Positions 54,601 to 64,000 of a stretch of DNA of 64,000 bases are shown piece after piece. Made by a program: the position numbers and the translations under genes. Location: contig JBLDXI010000054.1 of assembly GCA_047495785.1 (NCBI GenBank), positions 3,286,001 to 3,350,000 on the forward strand, read 5' to 3'. Within the stretch, counting starts at the first letter, position 1; each line of letters begins with the position of its first letter. The notes beneath the pieces were generated by a model. The model made no database searches. It was not told the origin of the DNA and saw only the letters and a list, made by a program, of their open reading frames with translations. This DNA comes from Lepidodermella squamata. Its lineage: Eukaryota; Animalia; Gastrotricha.

Positions 54601-57600
54601 AATTTCAAGGCGCGCTTTATCGACTACTCGATCTACAATGGCGCACTAATTACGCGCGCGGCTCGATTGATAACCACTTGATGGACAATCGACCACCAGT
54701 TAAACGGTAGTGATTTGATTGGCTTAGTTGTCTCATCCAATCAGCGGCATCCACTTTTAGCTCAAGTAGCTTGTCGTACTGCTAGGAAATGAGCATGAAT
54801 TGGCCAACCTATACTTCTCGCATGTGCCTGGTGCCCAAGGCCGCTTTTCAAATCAACAAAAAGATTTAGAATTACGTAATCTCTGCGAGCGATTTTCTTT
54901 CACGAGGGATTTTTTTCGCGTGAATTTTTTTTGCGACGGATAAATTTTCGCGAATCTTGAATTTGCGAGCCGAGGTCGTCGCGAAATTTCGCTAAAATAA
55001 AATTACCGCGAAAATTTGTACGTATACAGTACGTATACAGTATGCATAGTATCAAAGAGTTACCTTAGCTGCGAAATTCAAATTAGGACAGATATTCTCA
55101 TTAGTGTTAATCTTAATGAGATAATGATCTTAATAATTTTATGCTTCAGCTGTCGCTGCATCTCTTGAAGCATCCCAAGTGATTGTTAACGGCAAAACAG
55201 TAACGTGGTCTGCTTCTCTGAGTAATAATGAATCGGAGGACTATGCAAACGTTGCTTCTGTATTTCAAAAGCAGGTTAGCGAATAGCTCATATTTGTTGC
55301 ATTAAGAAAGAAAAACATTGTTTCATAACTGCAGATTGAGGAAATTTATAAAATCGCAGAATTAACGACCACAGCGATCGTGGTTACTGGATTAAGGTAA
55401 GGATAAAATCTCCTGAGCGATAGCACGAACCGAAAACACTTGACTTTACAGGGAAGCAGTGAAATGGCGAAATCCAATCGCTAAAATGATCAAGCGTGAG
55501 GCTGACTCGGGCATTGTCGCAGACTATGTGACTAGCGTGGTAAATTATCAAGTCGAACCAACCCAGGATACAGGAGCCGCGATAGCATTGGCGCTGGAGA
55601 CAGCAACTACAAAATACACAGAAACAGACAGCTTTTCAGAAGCATTCGGGAATGACGCCAAGATCTCAAATAATGTTGATAAAGTAGAAATAGCAGATCC
55701 CGTAACCGAGGAACCAACGACAGAGGCTGTAACCGAACCTGTTACCGAACCAGTTACTGATGAAACAACGACAGAGGCTGTAACCGAGCCTGATACTGAA
55801 GAAACAACGACAGAGGCTGTCACCGAACCTGTTACTGAACCAGTCACTGATGAAACAACGACAGCGGCTGTCACCGATCCTGATACTGAAGAAACAACGA
55901 CAGAGGCTGTCACCGAACCTGTCACTGATGAAACGACGACAGAGGCTGTCACCGAACCTGTTACTGAACCAGTCACTGATGAAACAACGACAGAGGCTGT
56001 CACCGAACCTGTTACTGAACCAGTCACTGATGAAACAACGACAGAGGCTGTCACCGAACCTGTTACTGAACCAGTCACTGATGAAACAACGACAGCGGCT
56101 GTCACCGATCCTGATACTGAAGAAACAACGACAGAGGCTGTCACCGAACCTGTCACTGATGAAACGACGACAGAGGCTGTCACCGAACCTGTTACTGAAC
56201 CAGTCACTGATGAAACAACGACAGAGGCTGTCACCGAACCTGTTACTGAACCAGTCACTGATGAAACAACGACAGAGGCTGTAACAGAACCTGTTACTGA
56301 ACCAGTCACTGATGAAACAACGACAGAGGCTGTAACAGAACCTGTTACTGAACCAGTCACTGATGAAACAACGACAGAGGCTGTAACAGAACCTGTTACT
56401 GAAGAAACAACGACAGAGGCTGTCACCGAACCTGTTACTGAACCAGTCACTGATGAAACAACGACAGAGGCTGTCACCGAACCTGTTACTGAACCAGTCA
56501 CTGATGAAACAACGACAGAGGCTGTCACCGAACCTGTTACTGAACCAGTCACTGATGAAACAACGACAGAGGCTGTAACGGAACCTGTTACTGAAGAAAC
56601 AACGACAGAGGCTGTCACCGAACCTGTTACTGAACCAGTCACTGATGAAACAACGACAGAGGCTGTAACCGAACCTGTTGCTGAAGAAACAACGACAGAG
56701 GCTGTCACCGAACCTGTTACTGAAGAAACAACGACAGAGGCTGTAACCGAACCTGTTACTGAAGAAACAACGACAGAGGCTGTAACGGAACCTGTTACTG
56801 AACCAGTCACTGATGAAACAACGACAGAGACTGTAACTGAGGAAACAACGACAGAACTGGCTAAGACAACGGAGCCTCCGACATTCTCAGCAATTGTTGG
56901 TAAGACACTATTAAATTTCGCTGATAGCTCCTTTCGCTTCGTTGCAGCGCATCGCGACTGCGCATTAATCAGCCCGTTGTTTTTTTGCTTTCGTTTCTCC
57001 GTTTCTTGAGATGTCTGTTACAAGCTAGCGCGAATAATTTAAGCTTGCCCGGCTATTTTAACGCCTGTTTCCCAGAGTTCAGAGCGAGCTGATGTTCTTA
57101 TCCTCGTATACATTTGTTTTTCAGATGTTGCAGCATCTCTTGAAGCATCCCAAGTGATTGTTTTTGGCAAAACAGTAACGTGGTCTGCTTCACTGGGTGA
57201 TAATGGAACGGAGGACTATGCAAACGTTGCTGCCGTATTCGAAAAAGAGGTCAGCTGACAATTAGGATTTAGCTGCAATTTAGGCCTCTATATTTTAAAT
57301 GACTACAGATCGCAGAAATTTATCGAATCGCGAACCTCACGACAGCAACAATAATGATAACAAAACTGGGGTAAATAACTAAATTATCGAGATTTACTGA
57401 TAATTGTGAATTTATATAGGGAGGCAGCGAAATCAAGAACACCGTTTGCAAAATTATTCAGGCGGGAGGCCGAATCGGGAATAATTGCTTACTACGTGAC
57501 CAGGGTGACCGATTATGACACGACACAGTCTGAGGATGCCGCTTCTGCCATAACGAACGCATTACAAACGGCGACGGCAGAGTATATGCAAACCGATGGA

Positions 57601-60600
57601 TTTTCAACTGCATTTGGCAATGACGCAGCAATCATCAATAAGGTGGAAAAAGCCGAGATAGCTGCTGAAGTTACTACTACGCTAGAACCAGTAACCGGGG
57701 ACGAAACAGTAACGACAACTGAAGCTGCGGCAACCGAGCCTGTCACAGATGAAGCTACTACCTCCACCGAGCCAGCGACGGGAGAACCTGTCACAGATGA
57801 AGCTACTACCACCGTCGAGCCAGCGACTGGAGAACCTGTCTCTGATGAAGCTACTACCACCGTCGAGCCAGCGACGGGAGAACCTGTCACTGATGAAGCT
57901 ACTACCACCACCGAGCCAGCGACTGGAGAACCTGTCACAGATGAAGCTACTACCACCACCGAGCCAGCGACTGGAGAACCTGTCACTGATGAAGCTACTA
58001 CCACGGTCGAGCCAGCGACTGGAGAACCTGTCACAGATGAAGCTACTACCACGGTCGAGCCAGCGACTGGAGAACCTGTCACAGATGAAGCTACTACCAC
58101 CACCGAGCCAGCGACATCAGAACCTGTCACAGATGAAGCTACTACCACCGTCGAGCCAGCGACTGGAGAACCTGTCACAGATGAAGCTACTACCACGGTC
58201 GAGCCAGCGACATCAGAACCTGTCACAGATGAAGCTACTACCACCGTCGAGCCAGCGACTGGAGAACCTGTCACTGATGAAGCTACTACCACCACCGAGC
58301 CAGCGACTGGAGAACCTGTCACTGATGAAGCTACTACCACCGTCGAGCCAGCGACGGGAGAACCTGTCACTGATGAAGCTACTACCACGGTCGAGCCAGC
58401 GACGGGAGAACCTGTCACAGATGAAGCTACTAGCACCGTCGAGCCAGCGACGGGAGAACCTGTCACTGATGAAGCTACTACCACGGTCGAGCCAGCGACT
58501 GGAGAACCTGTCACAGATGAAGCTACTACCACCACCGAGCCAGCGACATCAGAACCTGTCACAGATGAAGCTACTACCACCGTCGAGCCAGCGACTGGAG
58601 AACCTGTCACAGATGAAGCTACTACCACGGTCGAGCCAGCGACATCAGAACCTGTCACAGATGAAGCTACTACCACCGTCGAGCCAGCGACTGGAGAACC
58701 TGTCACAGATGAAGCTACTACCACCGTCGAGCCAGCGACGGGAGAACCTGTCACTGATGAAGCTACTACCACGGTCGAGCCAGCGACTGGAGAACCTGGC
58801 ACAGATGAAGCTACTACCACCACCGAGCCAGCGACATCAGAACCTGTCACAGATGAAGCTACTACCACCGTCGAGCCAGCGACTGGAGAACCTGTCACAG
58901 ATGAAGCTACTACCACGGTCGAGCCAGCGACGGGAGAACCTGTCACAGATGAAGCTACTAGCACCGTCGAGCCAGCGACGGGAGAACCTGTCACTGATGA
59001 AGCTACTACCACGGTCGAGCCAGCGACTGGAGAACCTGTCACAGATGAAGCTACTAGCACCGTCGAGCCAGCGACGGGAGAACCTGTCACAGATGAAGCT
59101 ACTACCACCACCGAGCCAGCGACATCAGAACCTGTCACAGATGAAGCTACTACCACCGTCGAGCCAGCGACTGGAGAACCTGTCACAGATGAAGCTACTA
59201 GCACCGTCGAGCCAGCGACTGGAGAACCTGTCACAGATGAAGCTACTACCACCACCGAGCCAGCGACTGGAGAACCTGTCACAGATGAAGCTACTACCAC
59301 CACCGAGCCAGCGACATCAGAACCTGTCACAGATGAAGCTACTACCACCACCGAGCCAGCGACTGGAGAACCTGTCACAGATGAAGCTACTACCACCACC
59401 GAGCCAGCGACATCAGAACCTGTCACAGATGAAGCTACTACCACGGTCGAGCCAGCGACTGGAGATCCTGTCACAGATGAAGCTACTACCACCACCGAGC
59501 CAGCGACTGGAGAACCTGTCACAGATGAAGCTACTACCACCACCGAGCCAGCGACATCAGAACCTGTCACAGATGAAGCTACTACCACGGTCGAGCCAGC
59601 GACTGGAGAACCTGTCACAGATGAAGCTACTACCACCACCGAGCCAGCGACATCAGAACCTGTCACAGATGAAGCTACTACCACCGTCGAGCCAGCGACT
59701 GGAGAACCTGTCACAGATGAAGCTACTACCACCACCGAGCCAGCGACTGGAGAACCTGTCACAGATGAAGCTACTACCACCGTCGAGCCAGCGACGGGAG
59801 AACCTGTCACAGATGAAGCTACTACCACCGTCGAGCCAGCGACTGGAGAACCTGTCACAGATGAAGCTACTACCACCACCGAGCCAGCGACATCAGAACC
59901 TGTCACTGATGAAGCTACTACCACCACCGAGCCAGCGACATCAGAACCTGTCACAGATGAAGCTACTACCACCACCGAGCCAGCGACATCAGAACCTGTC
60001 ACAGATGAAGCTACTACCACCACCGAGCCAGCGACTGGAGAACCTGTCACAGATGAAGCTACTACCACCACCGAGCCAGCGACATCAGAACCTGTCACAG
60101 ATGAAGCTACTACCACCACCGAGCCAGCGACGGGAGAACCTGTCACAGATGAAGCTACTACCACCACCGAGCCAGCGACTGGAGAACCTGTCACAGATGA
60201 AGCTACTACCACGGTCGAGCCAGCGACATCAGAACCTGTCACAGATGAAGCTACTACCACCGTCGAGCCAGCGACTGGAGAACCTGTCACAGATGAAGCT
60301 ACTACCACCGTCGAGCCAGCGACGGGAGACCCTGTCACTGATGAAGCTACTACCACGGTCGAGCCAGCGACTGGAGAACCTGGCACAGATGAAGCTACTA
60401 CCACCACCGAGCCAGCGACATCAGAACCTGTCACAGATGAAGCTACTACCACCGTCGAGCCAGCGACTGGAGAACCTGTCACAGATGAAGCTACTACCAC
60501 GGTCGAGCCAGCGACGGGAGAACCTGTCACAGATGAAGCTACTAGCACCGTCGAGCCAGCGACGGGAGAACCTGTCACTGATGAAGCTACTACCACGGTC

Positions 60601-63145
60601 GAGCCAGCGACTGGAGAACCTGTCACAGATGAAGCTACTAGCACCGTCGAGCCAGCGACGGGAGAACCTGTCACAGATGAAGCTACTACCACCACCGAGC
60701 CAGCGACATCAGAACCTGTCACAGATGAAGCTACTACCACCGTCGAGCCAGCGACTGGAGAACCTGTCACAGATGAAGCTACTAGCACCGTCGAGCCAGC
60801 GACTGGAGAACCTGTCACAGATGAAGCTACTACCACCACCGAGCCAGCGACTGGAGAACCTGTCACAGATGAAGCTACTACCACCACCGAGCCAGCGACA
60901 TCAGAACCTGTCACAGATGAAGCTACTACCACCACCGAGCCAGCGACTGGAGAACCTGTCACAGATGAAGCTACTACCACCACCGAGCCAGCGACTGGAG
61001 AACCTGTCACAGATGAAGCTACTACCACCACCGAGCCAGCGACTGGAGAACCTGTCACTGATGAAGCTACTAGCACCGTCGAGCCAGCGACGGGAGAACC
61101 TGTCACAGATGAAGCTACTACCACGGTCGAGCCAGCGACTGGCGAACCTGTCACAGATGAAGCTACTACCACGGTCGAGCCAGCGACGGGAGAACCTGTC
61201 ACAGATGAAGCTACTAGCACCGTCGAGCCAGCGACGGGAGAACCTGTCACAGATGAAGCTACTACCACCGTCGAGCCAGCGACTGGAGAACCTGTCACAG
61301 ATGAAGCTACTACCACCACCGAGCCAGCGACATCAGAACCTGTCACTGATGAAGCTACTACCACGGTCGAGCCAGCGACTGGAGAACCTGTCACAGATGA
61401 AGCTACTACCACGGTCGAGCCAGCGACGGGAGAACCTGTCACAGATGAAGCTACTACCACCGTCGAGCCAGCGACTGGAGAACCTGTCACAGATGAAGCT
61501 ACTACCACCGTCGAGCCAGCGACTGGAGAACCTGTCACAGATGAAGCTACTAGCACCGTCGAGCCAGCGACGGGAGAACCTGTCACAGATGAAGCTACTA
61601 CCACCACCGAGCCAGCGACATCAGAACCTGTCACAGATGAAGCTACTACCACCACCGAGCCAGCGACATCAGAACCTGTCACAGATGAAGCTACTACCAC
61701 CACCGAGCCAGCGACTGGAGAACCTGTCACAGATGAAGCTACTACCACCACCGAGCCAGCGACATCAGAACCTGTCACAGATGAAGCTACTACCACCACC
61801 GAGCCTACGACTGGAGAACCTGTCACAGATGAAGCTACTACCTCCACCGAGCCAGCGACATCAGAACCTGTCACTGATGAAGCTACTACCACCACCGAGC
61901 CAGCGACTGGAGAACCTGTCACAGATGAAGCTACTATCACCACCGAGCCAGCGACTGGAGAACCTGTCACAGATGAAGCTACTACCACCTCCGAGCCAGC
62001 GACATCAGAACCTGTCACAGATGAAGCTACTACCACCGTCGAGCCTACGACTGGAGAACCTGTCACAGATGAAGCTACTACCTCCACCGAGCCAGCGACA
62101 TCAGAACCTGTCACTGATGAAGCTACTACCACCACCGAGCCAGCGACTGGAGAACCTGTCACAGATGAAGCTACTACCACGGTCGAGCCAGCGACATCAG
62201 AACCTGTCACAGATGAAGCTACTACCACCGTCGAGCCAGCGACTGGAGAACCTGTCACAGATGAAGCTACTACCACGGTCGAGCCAGCGACGGGAGAACC
62301 TGTCACAGATGAAGCTACTACCACCACCGAGCCAGCGACATCAGAACCTGTCACAGATGAAGCTACTACCACCGTCGAGCCAGCGACTGGAGAACCTGTC
62401 ACAGATGAAGCTACTACCACCACCGAGCCAGCGACTGGAGAACCTGTCACAGATGAAGCTACTACCACGGTCGAGCCAGCGACTGGAGAACCTGTCACAG
62501 ATGAAGCTACTACCACCACCGAGCCAGCGACATCAGAACCTGTCACTGATGAAGCTACTACCACCACCGAGCCAGCGACTGGAGAACCAGTCACTGATGA
62601 AGCTACTACCACCGTCGAGCCAGCGACTGGAGAACCTGTCACAGATGAAGCTACTACCACCGTCGAGCCAGCGACGGGAGAACCTGTCACAGATGAAGCT
62701 ACTACCACCACCGAGCCAGCGACTGGAGAACCTGTCACTGATGAAGCTACTACCACCACCGAGCCAGCGACTGGAGAACCAGTCACTGATGAAGCTACTA
62801 CCACCGTCGAGCCAGCGACTGGAGAACCTGTCACAGATGAAGCTACTACCACCGTCGAGCCAGCGACGGGAGAACCTGTCACAGATGAAGCTACTACCAC
62901 CGTCGAGCCAGCGACGGGAGAACCAGTCACAGATGAAGCTACTACCACCACCGAGCCAGCGACTGGAGAACCTGTCACTGATGAAGCTACTAGCACCGTC
63001 GAGCCAGCGACTGGAGAACCTGTCACTGATGAAGCTACTACCACCGTCGAGCCAGCGACATCAGAACCAGCAACGACAACTGAAGCTGCGACAACGGAGC
63101 CTACAACTGCTGGCTCAACGACATCTCTCCCGAAAGTTGCATTAC
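45668..63145 (+). CDS. Giant mucin with alternating Thr/Glu repeat arrays and SEA-like modules; exons 45668-45734, 45791-53611, 55150-55274, 55335-55396, 55452-56899, 57125-57249, 57309-57370, 57420-63145; continues beyond window
   Basis: Signal-like MDLKVTKKLALSLSLLALYNVAYG; RVRR furin motif; all junctions GT-AG and in frame; two SEA-like modules (WSASL....EDYANVA.VF.K.I.EIY); the last exon ends at a phase-1 donor with no stop. Confidence 0.88.
46060..53570 (+). repeat. 39-bp coding tandem repeat (TEAPTTEAVTE[AE/PV]), about 190 units
   Basis: Direct reading; 13-aa unit with two main variants. Confidence 0.97.
54088..54607. mobile_element. Foldback/MITE-like element with ~94-bp inverted arms (54088-54181 and 54514-54607) in a mucin intron
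   Basis: The arms are reverse complements with only about 5-6 mismatches; the outer ends and TSD were not resolved. Confidence 0.7.
54880..55031. mobile_element. Truncated TA-target MITE with TTCGCG/CGCGAA motifs ending ...TACAGTA
   Basis: Repeated tttcgcg/cgcgaaa motifs and terminal cgcgaaaatttgtacgtatacagta; the left TIR is not seen. Confidence 0.5.
55700..56850 (+). repeat. 51/39-bp coding tandem repeat (TTTEAVTEPVTEPVTDE / TTTEAVTEPVTEE)
   Basis: Direct reading. Confidence 0.95.
57737..63068 (+). repeat. 48-bp coding tandem repeat (EPAT[G/S]EPVTDEATTT[V/T]), about 110 units
   Basis: Direct reading; 16-aa unit. Confidence 0.97.
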
Positions 63146-63227
63146 GTTAGTTCTCTTTTTCTTTTTCACGTGCCGCACTTAGTGATCGACTCAGCTCACC
63201 TGAATATTTGCTTTTTAATCGTATGCC

Positions 63228-63628
63228 TACCGTACTGCCCGGAACAACAACCATGACATTTGTTTTTTTCAAACGTTGATGAACCCCTGACATTTAAAAG
63301 GGACTGACATTAATTTCGGGCCTGACATTTATTTATTCGAACCAACTAGTAACTTGCCCAAGTACCAAAATTGCATACATTTTCCTGGGATTCTACGTAT
63401 TTTGACCCAAAAAATTGGCCCCTTACCTTTCTATGGGCCATGAGTAGAAATTATTTCCATTCAGAATGGCTATAATGATCTCATTAGTGATTTTCAGTAC
63501 TGTCCCCGCCGTTGACCTGACATTTATTTCGGGCCTGACATTTATTTTTTCGAACGACCTCTAACCTCTGACATTTATTTGAGGCTGCCATTTATTCTAG
63601 GCTGACATTATTCTCGGGCAGTACGGTA
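63228..63628. mobile_element. MITE (Tc1/mariner-pogo type), TIR CCGTACTGCCCG with TA target duplication
   Basis: TA-CCGTACTGCCCG at 63228 and CGGGCAGTACGG-TA ending at 63628; several internal CTGACATT(T)ATT repeats; no ORF. Confidence 0.85.
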
Positions 63629-64000
63629 TTTTTAGAACCTCAAGTCTTTCGCAATCTCTCATTTTCCTTCCCGATCTTTTTCGGTGTGTTATTTCGGCCT
63701 ATTCAATCAAAGGCTTGAATATTTTAAGAAAAATGTTGAGCCCAGAACCTTTGTCGCGTTTGTAAAATTGATAAGCCATATTCTCTGATCTTTTTGGACT
63801 ACCGCGACGCACACTCTTTAACAAAAAGTTCATTGACCGACGTATCGGTTAATTGTTTAATCACAACCTCTTTCAGGGCATAAGCATAATTAACTTAATT
63901 TGGAATGTTGCAGAAAATTATTGAAGCTAAGCACTAAACTGATTGATTCTCCAATGCCGTGGAAACGATTGTGCCTAAGCAACTGAAACTACCACCAATC

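Noticed and set aside
46060-63068. Regular repeats superficially like a CRISPR array
   Set aside because: No unique spacers; these are in-frame coding minisatellites in a eukaryotic gene.
57513-63256. Antisense 1,843-aa ORF and alternative-frame 1,835-aa ORF (MKLLPPSSQR...)
   Set aside because: Shadow frames of the 48-bp repeat; only the Thr/Glu frame connects through splice sites to the signal peptide and SEA exons.

Overview
Compact, intron-rich animal genomic DNA; most introns are about 50-60 nt GT-AG. From left to right: (1) the 3' part of an apparently intact, spliced Helitron/Helentron-type rolling-circle transposon, with a Rep-PIF1 helicase gene, a co-oriented RPA1-like OB-fold gene and a candidate 3' hairpin end; (2) a RhoA/Rho1 locus in which one first coding exon precedes two complete, diverged copies of the remaining ~140 codons, predicting two 193-aa Rho proteins from one gene; (3) an orphan single-pass membrane ORF; (4) IBA57 head-to-head with a compact BRCA2; (5) a Frizzled-CRD + single-TM protein with no kinase domain; (6) an uncharacterised coiled-coil gene, CDPF1, SOAT1/ACAT and a divergent TSC2; (7) two paralogous SEA-module mucin genes, the second giant (>5,000 aa in window, exons of 7.8 and 5.7 kb) and running off the window, with MITEs in its introns. 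Gene models were spliced by eye from GT/AG sites and frame continuity; family calls rest on recalled motifs, and no database searches were run.
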